Below are positions 14,480 to 27,685 of a stretch of 64,000 nucleotides of DNA, piece after piece. Positions within the stretch are counted from its first letter, which is position 1. Each line of letters begins with the position of its first letter. The stretch comes from Heptranchias perlo. Its lineage: Eukaryota. The notes beneath the pieces are model-generated. The model saw nothing but the letters and a program-made list of their open reading frames with translations. It was not told where the DNA came from and made no database searches. The position numbers and the translations under genes were made by a program. The DNA lies in assembly GCF_035084215.1 (NCBI RefSeq), contig NC_090366.1, positions 10,292,001-10,356,000 of the forward strand, written 5' to 3'.

Positions 14480-15486
14480 TCTGATGTGCTTTACTGTGGT
14501 CGATAATGTAAGGCATCGACTGATCACTAACCTTAAGTCTATGGCAGCAGTGATACGGACCTCTTATCTTCCAACTCGCCTGACCTGATTCTGCTTCTTA
14601 ATCTAATCCTAAATGCGCCCAGTTGAAGTTGGGCAGTATTTGATTGCGATTCAAGATTGGATCCAGGATTTGTTCACAGTATTCAATTTGAAAGGATTTG
14701 TCCCTGTAGATAAAATCACCCTTACTCTTTCTTGTAGCATCTCGAATCTAAAAGCTCCAGACACATGTGCCAGATCTAGCACTGACATCAGAAAAATCAT
14801 AAATGAATTATTGAAGCAGCTGGGATATAAATGAGTTAATTTCAGCAGATTTCATATCTCTGGAGTGTGAAAAAAACAACAGTTGAGGTCACATCGAAAA
14901 ATGACCGTGTACCCGTGTGGAACGGTTTACTGATAAACCCTTTTGTGCCTTTGACATTTCAAATCGTGATATGCCCCGAAGGTGATAAACCCACATGTCT
15001 GGAGGAAGCGGCTACAGAACTAACCACAGCTGCTCATTTGAAATATTCAGAGCTCAAGTGCTGCCAAGCAGTTTAATATGTGGGAGTTGTGAGTCAGGGC
15101 GTCTAAAGTTAACGTAGAAGATTATTTTAGAGATTGCAATCTAAAATGCAACCTCGTCCGTCACTGTGCAGATAATGAGGGGGGCTGGCCAGTGGTCTTT
15201 CGCTGTAGTTTGGCGTTATCACATCCTGTAACTGCGGGCCAAACACTGATGTAACATTTCCATAGTCGAACAGTCCCAGGGTGGTAGCAGTTATGCTCAC
15301 TAACAGTGGAGGAGTGTCTCAAGCTGTACGAGCTATCACGGTTGCTCGATTGGTGGGTGCCGAACAGCTAACCCCCGGATACTCTGATTCGATTCCCGAT
15401 AAATCCGGTATATTACTGGCGAGCGGAATCCAGCAATGGGACTAATCTTAGATCTGAGATTATGGCATCGTGAAGCGCCTCCAGTC
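14480..15486 (+). promoter_or_regulatory. Putative promoter / 5' region of Siglec-like gene A
   Basis: Non-repetitive sequence collinear with 28510-29520. Shared with that copy: TGAGGTCA (14884), RUNX-type AACCACA (15022), reverse CCAAT (15349). ETS-like GAGGAAG at 15002. Confidence 0.5.
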
Positions 15487-15529
15487 ATGAAGAGTATTAA
15501 GTTTATTCTCATTCTTATAATTAGCAAAG
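15487..15529 (+). CDS. Siglec-like gene A exon 1: signal peptide MKSIKFILILIISK
   Basis: ATG, hydrophobic stretch and AAG|GTAAC donor; phase 1 joins the V exon in frame. Confidence 0.8.
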
Positions 15530-15887
15530 GTAACATTCATTTTAATAATTTCAAGATATCTCATCTTGTGGCAAAATAACAAGGTAATTAGTGATAGGCA
15601 TGGTACATGGTTAGTTAGGGATTTGTAAATTCACGAAGTGGGTGTTTAATGTACATTGTATTAGGACTTTTATTCTATATTTTATTAGTATTGATTCAAT
15701 AGTTATGTTTCGTTAGACTTAAATGGATTTTTTTATGGAAGATAAAGAGGTTTAGTGAAAATTTTCCGAGTTTTGATATAATATGTTAGCGGATGTTAAA
15801 GGTTAACGTAATCGTATTTAACAGGACTTTAAGGGGATATTTGAATTGGTGTGTTATTGGGGTGTTTAATTTCTATTTTTTCATCAG

Positions 15888-16268
15888 TTGTCCATAGTTC
15901 ACGATGGTCTGTGGCGATGCCGTGGTTTGTGTCGGCGGAGAGCGGTTCCTGTGCAGAGATCCCGTGTACATTTGATTACCCCGTCTATGGCCGCAATCCA
16001 CGGGGTATGTGGTTGAAAGGCGGTTCTGATCTTCGTACCCGAGGGGTCTCTATTGTCTATGATCCCAGAGGCCCAGGCAATATACACTTTAACTATAGAG
16101 AGCGAGCTGAGTTCTGCGGCGACTTTGCAAAGAAACGCTGTTCCTTACGGATAAAAGATATCAGGAAGAGCGATGAAGGTGAATATTACTTCAGACTGAA
16201 CATCACCAACGTCCAGAATACAACTGAAGGGTACTCTTCCGGAACTTATGCTTCTCTTTCTATTTTAG
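15888..16268 (+). CDS. Gene A exon 2: Siglec-type V-set Ig domain
   Basis: tcatcag| acceptor, ag|gtacgt donor; GSCAEIPCTFDYP, W, CSLRI and DEGEYYFR give the Siglec cysteine pattern and the F-strand Arg. Confidence 0.92.
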
Positions 16269-17394
16269 GTACGTTTTTCCCCATTTTTTTCCTATTGAAG
16301 TTTATATTCCATCTCCTCAGTGGCATTTAACTTAAGTCTAGAATGGAAAGATTTCATGTTAATTCTTGGTTTACATCACAGTCTACAGCGGCAGTGCTGG
16401 TATATTGAAAAATATCCAGATTTGTGTTTTATTTTGGCTTGAACAGAAATTTAGAATTGGCATTCTTAGTAACTTATATAAGCTCCCTCCATTGTTCAGT
16501 TAATAAGTGCAATCCTGGGCGTTGTATAGACCGGCTGGTCAAAATTTGGCCCTTCATGGAAGCAGAAAAATCAGTCAAGGTGTGTCTCTCTGAAAGGAGG
16601 GTAAGTGGACATGTTCAATGTATAGGAAGGGTTTCTTGTATCGAATCACCTGCAGGCCCCCATATCATAGGGGGGGCTCATGTTTTAAAGATTGGCCACT
16701 TGGGAGATCCCAACTGGCTGCCCGTGCCAGCCGAATCAGACCCAGGAAGAGTTATCATCTTAAGGAGAGTAATGGGGCGTTTGAAGTGTCTACACTGTTG
16801 CTACATTCCCTTGGAAGAAATAAATTAATATCAATATGGTGTTCACAAGGTAAGAAGGCTTCATAAGGCGAAAAAATACATTCCAGATGGAAGACACCGA
16901 GAGGTAGATGTGAAGTTCGCTTCCAAGGAGACAGATTGTCCGAAGGTTTTGTACATTCTCCCTTATATTTTCACAGCGCATTGGTCCTAAAAAGTGCATG
17001 AAAACCAACGGCTGGTCATTTAACCAAGTAACCCTATCCAAACAAATTCGTCAAATAGCACATTCGTCACGAAATTACACTATGCCGTTCTGACCTTTGA
17101 ATGCTTAAGTTTAACTGAAATGTTAACCCATTAATAGTAGATGGGGTTAAAGCTCACTAAAAGCTCCTCTATCATGCCACACAGTAATTTTAAGGCCACC
17201 ATCATTACAAAAGGTGGAGTCACAGAAAGCAATTTCCAATCGCCCAAGTATAATTTGCAACCAGTAACTCTGACAAAATATCCGATGACCTGTGAGAGGT
17301 GACAACCCGCTGGGAAACTATTGGAAAGGTAAAACAGCGAAATTTATCCCTTTCTCCCATAAGTAAACAATGCAAGTTCACAATTTGGTTTACT

Positions 17395-17929
17395 CAATTC
17401 CCATCTTCCATCCTCCATAAACTTGAGCTCGTCCAAACCTCTGCTGCCCCCCCGTATCCTAACTCACACTAATTCCCATTCGCCCATCACCCCCTGTGCT
17501 CGCTGACCTACATCGGCTCCCAGTCCAGTATCGCTTTGATTTGAAAATCCTCATCCTTGTTTTCAAATCCCTCCATGGCCCTCGCCCCCTCCCTATCTCT
17601 GTAACCTCCTCCAGCCCTACAACCCTCCGAGATCTCTGCCCTCCTCCAATTCTGATCTCTTGCTCATCCCCGATTTTAATCGCTCCACTTTTGGCGGCCG
17701 TGCCTTCAGCTGCCTGGGCCCTAAGCTCTGGAATTCCCTCCCTAAACCTCTCCGCCTCTCTCTCCTCCTTTAAGACACCCCTTAAAACCTACCTATTTGA
17801 CCAAGCTTTTAGTCACCTGACTTAATATCACCTTATGCGTCAAATGTTGTTTGATAATCGCTCCTGTGAAGCGCCTTGGGAAGTTTTACTACTTTAAAGG
17901 CGCTATATAAATGCAAGTTGTTGTTGTTG
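17395..17929 (+). mobile_element. L2-clade LINE 3' fragment
   Basis: LADLHRLPV..FKSLHG and FKTPLKTYLF motifs; tail GGCGCTATATAAATGCAAGTTGTTGTTG. Confidence 0.85.
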
Positions 17930-18692
17930 GTATATTTCATTTCACAGAGACATTCCCTTGTGCCCACGGGACTGGTACTCAAATAAGTTGTTGAGTTTTT
18001 AATAACCTATGTCTATGCGACCATTAAGGGGATTCACAATTCTGATTTATTTATTGGTTCCAAGCCCATAGCACCAACATTACATTTCTGCTGAAGACTA
18101 TACCTACACACAGGAGTTTTTCAGGACTGGCGCCTGCTTTTTGTTTCCTCCTAAAGTCTTACCTTCAGCATCCGTTTCTTTTCTCCCAGAAGTTTTGCTG
18201 CTGAGTTCTACTGAAGAAGGAAGGGATTTACTGGTCCACAATCAACCCATCTACATTGAATGCTTTACGCCTTTTTAAAAAGATTTTCTCTCTTGCTCTC
18301 CGAAAGGCTCTGACTCGTGCTAGGGATACTTTTCGTGGCTTCTGCATGTGTGAGTTTGGGCAGTCAATGTTGTCAGTCGTTTGAAGTGTGAGATGAGTCA
18401 CTTGTTTTCATCTGACGCACAAGCAGATTCCAGTTGATGCCACTGGAAAGGGAAGAGACTGGAATTTTTGATCTTTCCCCTCTCTGAAGGTCATATTACA
18501 ACAATCCTACCGCGGCATTAAACGAGATCAGCGGACGCTTACACAACAATTAAATCCGCCCCTGACCCATTGGGTAAATTGATCTGATACCGAGCCATTC
18601 GACTAACATGGTGGCCTGAATCGCCTTGCAAACCACTCACCATTTTTCAAATTGAAATCCTCTGTAACGCGAATTTCCTTCTATCCTTATAT

Positions 18693-18997
18693 GTAAACCA
18701 CGGCTCTGGGGAATCCGTAGCTGGAAAACCAGCGCATCTGATCTGCTCAGTTACCTACAGTTGCCCGTCCGCCAAACTTGAATTGATGTATATTCATGAT
18801 TAAGGTTTTTCTTCCTTTTCTGGCAGAGGTTAAAACTCCCGGAAAAAATGGCAACCGTTTCGAGCGATCCCGGAAGGTTTCATCCACTTGCTCCTTCACC
18901 CCATCACCCGGCCATCATGGGATCAGACTGGGATGTAAATTTATGATCGACGGTGTCGCAGCTACTGTTCAAGAAACTCTAACACTGGACGTTCTAT
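18693..18997 (+). pseudogene. Gene A exon 3: damaged C2-set domain 2; 3' half (18827-18997) potentially still spliceable in frame
   Basis: Ancestral acceptor reads ttatAT instead of AG; GKPAHLICSVTYSCP and SSTCSFTP..LGCKF..LTLDVL lie in different frames; donor t|gtaagt is intact; internal cttttctggcag| acceptor is in phase 1. Confidence 0.75.
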
Positions 18998-19633
18998 GTA
19001 AGTACCTGCTTTAAGCTTCATTCGACCAACTTGTTGGTAAACAGGTTTAATAGTTGTCTTTATGCTCAATATAGTGAAAACTCGATTGGATAAGCAAAGA
19101 CTCCAACTGATTATCAGCTATTTCTTGGCAGTCTCATTATTTAACATTGAGCCATATCCATGGAGTAATATTGCTCACTCCACGGGTGTGGTTATGTCAA
19201 ATATTATTTCAAAGCCTCCCAATGCTTGATGCCGTTTTAGCCACAGAGTAACTGAGTTACATTGCTCCATTCATGGTCTGTGTTGAATTAGCTGGGGGTG
19301 GGTGGGCGGTGGGGTCGAGATGCTACAATTGGCCTCAACACCCCTGTGTGAGGGAAGGGAAAATCGACCAAGTTCTTGTTCTGGGAGGAATGGTCACTTG
19401 GTTGACGTAACGGTGGATTAGAACCTTACCCGGGCAAACAAACAAATCTTTGAAGAGAAGAGGCAACACGATGCTTATGTTTGAAACGAGCTTAAGGTCC
19501 AGGAGACAAACAAAAACAGGAGTTGGTTTTTGAATTTAGAGTTGACAAGATAGTCAACATATCTTACTTAATATTTTTCTTTGATTGTAATTACATTGTT
19601 TTCCTTCCCTTCTGCATTGACATTCACATTTAG

Positions 19634-19915
19634 CGCCAATGACCTCATCTGCTCCACATACATTGCTGAAACCAATCGTCAATTCCTCTATAGTAGCAGT
19701 GGAAGGAAGTTCAGTATTACTGTACTGCACGGCCCAGGGTAAACTACCGGTCAGTTTAAGATGGGTGAGAGATGGTTCGGAGATCAAAATGTCTTCCACC
19801 GGTGAACTGAGGCAGATATTTCACAACATTAGTTCCAAAGATGACGGACAATATTGGTGCGTGGCTGAAAATATCGTGGGCAAAGCAAACAGCTCCACAC
19901 AGATTTCTGTACAAT
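19634..19915 (+). CDS. Gene A exon 4: C2-set Ig domain
   Basis: KPIVNSSIVAVEGSSVLLYC..W..DDGQYWCVAEN; donor t|gtaagt; the AG acceptor at 19632-33 is in phase (start position less certain). Confidence 0.85.
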
Positions 19916-20114
19916 GTAAGTGCGGTGTGAAACTACCTTCATTCTCTATATTATGTTCATTTACTGAAGTTAAGCGCGCTGTTGTACAAAATCATTATCA
20001 AAACTCGTAGACTGGGAGTGGAGTTAATCATTTCCTATTATTCCCACTGATATTTGGAAAGCTAATCTCCCTCACACCCGATTCTGTTGAGGGTCAAACG
20101 TAACATAAAAGTAA

Positions 20115-20185
20115 CATTGGCGCATGGCTGGAGATAACATGGGGACCGCAAACAGCTCCACGCAGATTTTTGTACAACGTTAAGT
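20115..20185 (+). pseudogene. Relic 3' end of an extra C2 exon
   Basis: HWRMAGDNMGTANSSTQIFVQ followed by a decayed donor; compare YWCVAENIVGKANSSTQISVQ in exon 4. Confidence 0.65.
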
Positions 20186-20859
20186 ACAGTATGAACCTAT
20201 TAAATGTATGAAGGGACATCAATGATCCGTTCCACAGTGACTACGCATGGGTCTCATTTCCCCCGTGTTCACACAACTCTCTCAATAGCCGATGTCAGTA
20301 ATATTCTCAGAAAGGCCAGTAAAAGGAAAACAATTTGACCACATTCAGCGCGTAAAAAAACACCGTTAAATACCAACCAGAGACCCCAATGCACAAATCC
20401 AGCTAAAATGTATCTCAGATAGGTTAAAACCAATTGAATTAATATGCGAGATGTGGAACGCTAGAATTTATGGGCGGAGGCACTGACCCCAGCGGCCCTG
20501 AAGTGGAAGAACACGTTAGTCCGTCACAAAGGTAGAAATTTGGAACATTGAATACAAACTGATTAAAATGTATTGAGGTTTTAACTCGGGCATCCCTCAC
20601 AACATGGACCAGGCGATGTATGGATGAACTGACTGCTCAGTGGCTCGATAGGAATTTATAGTTGAGTTATTGACTTGCTAGAAATTAGGAAAAAAGAACG
20701 TTTGATGAGCCATTAAACAAGTGTAACAACGAATGGTTCCTGTTAAACACAGGTGTGCAGTAACCTTTCTGGTTAGTCTAAAGGCCAAATTGGTTTCACT
20801 TAGACACTGCAAACTGCTTGATGAAAACTTTGTGAAGTTGAACTCTTCTCTTTGTTTAG

Positions 20860-21147
20860 ATAAACCTACAATAGTTTCAGGCCCGACCTGCATCAGTTCA
20901 GAGAGTGGGATTCATTGTACCTGCAGTGTCAGAGCCAAACCCCCAACAAATATCACATGGGGCCTCAATGGAAGAAACATCACTAGGTACAGTTCAGATG
21001 GTGAAGTTGTCTCCTGGGCAGTGACTGGTCACCTGGTGCAGAGCTCCCTGATATTGATTCACCCAACTAGAACCAGAAACCAGATCTCATGCGTTGCAGC
21101 AAATGTACACGGCGTTAGTGTCGGTAAATATCAGCACCATTTAGCAG
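20860..21147 (+). CDS. Gene A exon 5: membrane-proximal Ig domain
   Basis: tttgtttag| acceptor, cag|gtaagt donor; KPTIVSGPTC..CTCSVRAKPPTNITW..ISCVAANVHG. Confidence 0.9.
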
Positions 21148-22413
21148 GTAAGTACAGACATTTCCTTCAATTTAATTACTGTAAATGGATTGGTCCATCA
21201 CTGGCCCGTCACTAAGTGTTGGTGTCAGCAAATACCAGCTCCATTCGGCAGTTAAATACCAAATCCATCTGCAATTTAGGACAGACCCATTGGATAATTT
21301 AAGTAGTGTATAGGTATGGTCCGCCATTGAGCACTAACTCATTCAAAGTTTGGATTGGAATAATACATTTTATATTTGCCTGTGATTTGCCGGGTTTGTT
21401 TATTATCGCCTTGTTTTCACCAAGATCGGAAGGGATTCGTATGAAACAGTATAAGTAGCGTGCGATCGTTAATAAAACAGAAGCTTCTGAATTAATTACA
21501 CTCTTTATGAATTCAGGTTTCCTCTCATTATAAAGGCAGCGAGCTCCAGCCTATCATTCAATTAATACATTCTATATTGTTCATATAGTTCAACAAAACA
21601 ACTCTTAGAGCTATTTCAGACTGGCCCTGGGATTGTTGCCCTGGAGATATTCTGAGAAGGCTAATGATTTGGATAATCATGGAATAACTGGGATAATTGA
21701 ATAACCAGATTAGAGACTGAAATGAAATACCGGATAGCAAGCCAATAGACGCTTACGGGCAATGTGAATATTTGAACCCCCTCGGGATTGGAGAATTAAT
21801 TGTTTAATGGGCTTTTTTTCAGTCCTCAATAACATCCATTCAATGTGGATGTCATCCTAGTAATATAAATAACACACCATGTGAGAGGGGTTGTTTGTTG
21901 CTTCGTGACGCGTTGCATTTTACCAAGTGTCCCAGTTGCATTAAAAAGATTCCGAATGTTTTACCGAGGCAGAGGTGTATTCCGTGAATTGTCCGTGTAC
22001 ATTTCTCTTTCCGTGATTTGATATGAACGGAACAGATAGGAATTTCATCTATAAATATTTACTTTAAATTTACACAGGGCACACAGGAGTAAAACGATGG
22101 GGGAAATCCAGTGTCAGTTCATGGAGAGAGTAATCAGTTCAAATGCTGCCCTGTCCATTTTCTGTGAAATCCCAATAAATTAATTAAGCACATTGAGGAT
22201 TTTTAGGGGGATTAGATTTGGGATCATTTTCAAATCCTCTGATCGCTGGGTCAGAGCCCTCAGTTTTAAGAAATGGATAGGAAACCTTAGACTCTTACTT
22301 TTAAGATGTGAATATATAGGAAACTTGCCTATACAGGCGGATTAAAGTTATCCTAATACCATGTTGTAATCTTATAGCAATAACGAACAGTAAAGTCTTT
22401 TTGAATATTTTAG

Positions 22414-22501
22414 GAACATTTCCCTGTAGGAACATTGTCATCTCAGTAGTAGCAGCCGCCACCTTTATCATTCTGATTCTGATCGCGGTGATGGTACGGA
22501 G
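22414..22501 (+). CDS. Gene A exon 6: transmembrane segment
   Basis: ttttag| acceptor, GTFPCRNIVISVVAAATFIILILIAVMVR, ag|gtatgt donor; phase 1 to 2. Confidence 0.85.
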
Positions 22502-22609
22502 GTATGTGTGGCTCATCATTATTTGAACTCTTGTGATAATCACAGATTTGAAAGGGGTCCATGACATCAGGATTCCTGCCTATGAGAAACTATTGTAGTA
22601 AACAATGTC

Positions 22610-23470
22610 GAGAATAGCAACAGACTTCAGGAGGACATGGACAGACTGGTGAAATGGGCAGACACATGACAGATGAAATTCAACGCAGAGAATTGTGAAG
22701 TGATTCCATTTTGGCAGGAAGGATGAGGGGAGGCAAAATAAATTAAATGGTGCAATTTTAAAGGGAATTCAGGGACAGAGAGACCTGGGGATATATATAC
22801 AGAAACATTTGAAGTTGGTCAGGCAAGTTGAGAAGGCAGTTAAAAAAGCATATTGGATCTTAGGCTTTATAAATAGAGGCATAGAGTACAAAAGCAAGGA
22901 AGTTATGCTAATCCTTTATAAAACACTGGTCAGGCTTCATCTGGAGTATTGTGTTCAAATCTGGGCACCGCACTTTAGGAAGGATGTCAAGGCCTTGGAG
23001 AGGGTGCAGAGGAGATTTACCAGAACGGTCCCAGGGATGAGGGACTTCAGTTATGTGGAGAGACTGGAGAATCTGGGATTGTTCTCCTTAGAGCAGAGAA
23101 GGTTAAGGGGAGATTTGATAGAGTTCAAAATCATGAAGGCTTTGGACAGAGTAAATAAGGAGAAGCTGTTTCCAGCAGCAGAAGAGTCGGTAATCAGAGG
23201 GCCCACATTTAAGATGAATGAGGCGACGAGAGGAAACATTTTTTTAACGCAGCGAGTTGTTATGATCTGGAATGCGCTGCCTAAATGGGTGGTGGAAGCA
23301 GATTCAATAGTAATTTCCAAAAAGGAATTGGATGAATACTTGATGGAAAAAAAATTCAGGATTATGGAGAAAGAGCAGGTGAATGGGACTAATTGGATAG
23401 CTTTTTCAAATAGCCGGCACAGGCACGATGGGCCGAATTACCTTCTACTGTGCTGTACCTACTACGATTT
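22610..23470 (+). mobile_element. CR1 LINE 3' fragment
   Basis: ORF with LYKTLVRLHLEYCVQIW..RRLRGDLIE; CR1 tail. Confidence 0.9.
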
Positions 23471-24380
23471 TATTGCTTCAAATAATTAATCCTTGAGAGC
23501 ATTGAACCTGAAACTCAGTTAAGAGTTGTGAAGGGAACAGTTATTGGAGGTCAATTGCTTCCGTAGGTTAAGTGGTAGATTGTCAGAGGGTTATCGTCCC
23601 CTGGCCGGTCAATCGCTTTTCCCCACACCAATAACAGATCAGTAGCTTTCGCTTCCAAGTCAAAAGTTTGTGGGGGGGTTCCAGCCTCAAAACAAAACGT
23701 GAGCACCCACTGTAGCCTGACACTATAATGGAGCGGGGCATTGTGGGCGGTGCCGTTTTTCTGAAAAGGTAGTTGGCCAGTTAACACACTACATAACAGT
23801 CCCGGTTGCAATTTAAAAAACGTTAGGATATTGCAGGAAACTCTTCCGACTGCTCTTTAGGCAACATGTTAAGCCAATATCTGCAAATCTTGTCTATTTA
23901 ACAACGTGTGAACGCACCGCGTGAACTACTTTTCTGCTACTTAATAAGGTGTTAATTTGTCTGCAGTTCAAAGACAGTGTTAATAAACAATAAGACTACC
24001 CCGATATTTAATAGTGTGCACACACTGGATAAATCTCATCTATTTGCTATTCAAACAAATTGTTATCTTAGTGTGCAGAACTCCTGTGATGGTTATTTGA
24101 ACAATTGTTAGCAATCTATCTACAAGTGTGATAAAATACTGATCTTTTCTCCAAGTGCAGACTGCACTAATTCATTAACCAGCTGCATGGGATAGAGAGA
24201 AATCGTTATTCGGAAATATGGAAACGTAAGGATAGAAAGAAACTGGAATGAAATCTCATCTATACTAATCCGGAAATGTTATACACACAAGTCCCTGATG
24301 ACGCAGGGCAACGTAAGATTTATTAGCCTTAATGATAAGCACTTATGTAATTTGCATTACTTGATTTTTTTTTGAATCAG

Positions 24381-24468
24381 GAAGAAGACAAGTGACACCG
24401 TTAATGTCCCCCCAACAAACAGCAATTCAGTGCCTTATGCTGTGGTGCAGCACCCGTTTAACACTGAG
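24381..24468 (+). CDS. Gene A exon 7: cytoplasmic, ITIM-like VPYAVV
   Basis: tttgaatcag| acceptor, RKKTSDTVNVPPTNSNSVPYAVVQHPFNTE, |gtaact donor; phase 2 to 0. Confidence 0.82.
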
Positions 24469-25491
24469 GTAACTGAGGGGGTGGATATTGTTAAGCGTCC
24501 GCTGGAGTTATCTGCCTGATATTTGCTCTGTTTGTAACCAGTGGGTATCACATTCAACGCCTAATCCAATGGTTGAACGGGTGCTATAGAAACTTGTTTG
24601 GTGGATTTTTTTAAGGGTGCAATGGACATCCCATCCTAATAACAGGAAGTGATGCGTTGATCACGTCCTGGTAAATCGGCCATTGACATTTTCCCTGTAG
24701 GGGAAATCAACGTCGGCCGAAGAGAATCGTTTTCCCGTGTCAGTGCACAGTATCGGGAACAATTCTTACGCTCACCTCCCCGTGACATTAGGACCGGTGG
24801 TTTAAAGTCTCAGCATGCTCACACAGTGTGAATGGTCTGAGAAGGGCCAAACCGCATCTGGGATTATCTGCATTTTCCTGCCTGGATTTTATGCCCCCAA
24901 TTTATTGACGACGCCTTGCCATATCCACCCCCCGACTCCCTCCCAAACCCGAATTAAATCATTGTCTGGCCCGCGGGCTGAACCGAATTTTCGTACAGCA
25001 GAAGGCCACTGCTGGTGCTCCGCAGGAATGATCCCCAGCCGTCAGGTAAGGTTTGGCAGGTTGGATGGGGGGCGGTTGCAGGGGGTTAGGGGGAGCCCAC
25101 GGCAAGGGAGCCCCAAGTTTTCCTTATGGAGCCAGAAAGAGCAGTCCTGCCCCGCCTGGCCCACAAGGGAACCTAAATAAAAATTAAAAGCTCTCTGAGC
25201 TTTTCTGGTCACAATTCAGCTCCCGACAGGTTTGGCCTGGTGGCGAAGCCGCCACGTTTCCCCCGCTCAGGCCTTAGGTTAAAATGACGACCGGGCTCCA
25301 ATGACGTCCTTGGAGACCAGTCTGCATATTTAACAAAGATCCCACTTGCCTTGTGATGGGGAAACTTGCCACCTGCAATTTTAAATTACAGGCGGTCAGA
25401 TCCGGGCAGCAAAGTTGAAGGTAAGTCCCTAACTGTATATTACTGCCCTGCCTAGTTTCCGCCAGGAGGGTCAGTTAGAATCGGAGCCTAA

Positions 25492-25670
25492 GGGGTAATT
25501 TTAACCTAACTCGCCAGTAGGAAGCCCACGGGATCGGGTGGAACGCCCGTTTTCAGCCCACCCGATCTTCGTCTCCGTTGACCTAAATAGAGAGTAAATT
25601 CTGGCGGGATGTAAAACTTGCCTCCGATCCCGCCAGTACCCCGATGGTTGGGTTAGGTTCAAATAACCCC
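25492..25670. mobile_element. MITE-like inverted-repeat element
   Basis: Termini GGGGTAATTTTAACCTAAC and GGTTAGGTTCAAATAACCCC; flanks TAA and TTA; internally palindromic. Confidence 0.6.
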
Positions 25671-25904
25671 TTAAATTAGTGTTAGCCTGGCTGAGTTGGC
25701 AGCGCCCACGCTCTGATTCAGAAGATTGTGAGTTGAAACCCCAATCACATTTATGGACCTTCATCGAGAGTGTGATTGGGGAGTAGCACAGAGGAAGTGC
25801 TGCATTCCTGGAGGTGCCGTTTTCCAGATGAGAGCTTAATCCAAGACCCTGGCTGCCTGAACTAGTCATTCAGATGAAGGTTAGAAATCTCATGCACTGT
25901 TACA

Positions 25905-26515
25905 GAGAATTACATAGAATTTACATCACAGAAAAACGCCAATTAACCCCAACCGGACGTTTATGCTCCACATGAGCCTCCTCCCACCCTACTTCATCTC
26001 ACCCTATCACCACATCCTTCTATTCCTTTCTCCCTCATGTGTTTATCCAGCTTCTCCTTAAATGCATCTATGCTATTCGCCTCAACTACTCCTTGTGGTA
26101 ACGAGTTCCACATTCTCACCACTCAAGTCTCTCCTGAATTCCAGATTGAATTTATTAGTTACTATCTTATATTTTTGGCCTCTAGGTTTGGTCTCCCCAC
26201 CAGTGGAAACACCTTCTCTACGTCTACCTTAGCAAACCCCTTCATAATTTTAAAGGCCTCTACTAGGTCACCTCTCAACCTTCTCTTGTCCAGAGAACAG
26301 AGGCCCAGCCTGTTCAGTCTTTGCTGGTAAATATATCCACTCTGTTCTGGTACCATCCTTGTGAATCTTTTTTGCACCTTCTCCAGTGCCTCTATAACCT
26401 TTTTTAAAATATGGAGACCAGAACTGTGCACAGTACTCTGATTGTGGTCTACCCATGGTTCGGTACAAATTTAACATAACTTCTCTGCTTTTCAATTCTA
26501 TTCCCCTCGATAGAA
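25905..26515 (-). mobile_element. CR1 LINE 3' fragment
   Basis: Minus-strand ORFs LEKVQKRFTRMVP and RRLRGDLVEAFK. Confidence 0.88.
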
Positions 26516-26920
26516 TAGGGATTTCTCCACATGTGGTGGTTAAAATTACTCCAATCACCACCAAAATTGGGACTAGTTTAGTGGTATAAACTGGGCGACA
26601 TGGACATGTTGGGCCGAAGGGCCTGTTTCCATGTTGTAAGCTTCTATGAGTCCATGAAAATGGATCGCCAGGTCATTTTACTCATTTGCTTTCACTGTGG
26701 GCAAATTAGCTGATGCCCTTTAAATATAATCCGTTGGTTACAAGGCGCTGTAATGTGGTGCTATGTAAACACCAGATATTTATTGTATTATAACTTAAAA
26801 TACTTTACTCAGTGAATAGGGTTAGGGCAAGAATGATGGAATGAAGCGGGTTGTTATGCTACAGAAAGCGCTCTCTCAGCCGGCAGCAGCTCCATATCTA
26901 ATTCCTACTTTCTGTTACAG

Positions 26921-27088
26921 CGCCAGGGCCACTATGCAACCATGGGTGTTAGAGGGGCTACACCAAAGCAATCAGCTCAAGGAGAAGATGTTCTGTACGC
27001 AGCTGTCAACGTTTCAAACGTTCGCAAACATGAAGGCTATCTCCAGAATGAGGAGTTCAGTGAATACGCCGCAATTAAATTTAAATAA
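26921..27088 (+). CDS. Gene A exon 8 (last): ITIM VLYAAV and distal SEYAAI motif
   Basis: ctttctgttacag| acceptor, RQGHYATM...EDVLYAAVNV...EFSEYAAIKFK*; phase 0; AATAAA at the stop and at ~27358. Confidence 0.85.
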   Translation, partial: RQGHYATMGVRGATPKQSAQGEDVLYAAVNVSNVRKHEGYLQNEEFSEYAAIKFK

Positions 27089-27685
27089 AAATCCTGTATA
27101 ATTTATTCCATTGGGACAGATGGAACTTATTAATATCTTAACACAATTGGTTTTATGAGCTAGAACAGAAACTTCACATTACAGGAGCTGCTGTGATAAT
27201 GGACATCGTTCAGAGATTAATTGCGAACATTTTATAGTTTCTTTGCGAGAAAATTTGATTTCCAATCCCAAACGTGTTTCCTTTCCAACTACTCTTCCGA
27301 AGTGGAGCAAGAAAGGGGCTTTAACGATCAATGTAAATGTAACATTTTATCTGCTCTAATAAAATAACTGTTTTCATAATTCAAACGTTGTTTTCATTTA
27401 GGACCACTCTCTGCTGCCTTATTAAATTTCCCCGTCGGACAACGTCCACTGTCTCTCTCCGCGGCTGGGTTACTTTGCACCGTCTCCCAGCCCAGTGTAA
27501 CAAAGTTCACCTTAGTGCCAATTTCCATCAGTTCCCTTCAGGACAACAGGCAGGCTCTCATGAATATTTACGGTCATTTGAGCCACATCATGCAGAAGGG
27601 AAGGCATTATAAAGGGTGGGTCAGGGTGTTTGGCGAATCCCTAAAGTAAGCCTTTCAGCTCTCGACTCATGCTTAGAAGTTTTAA

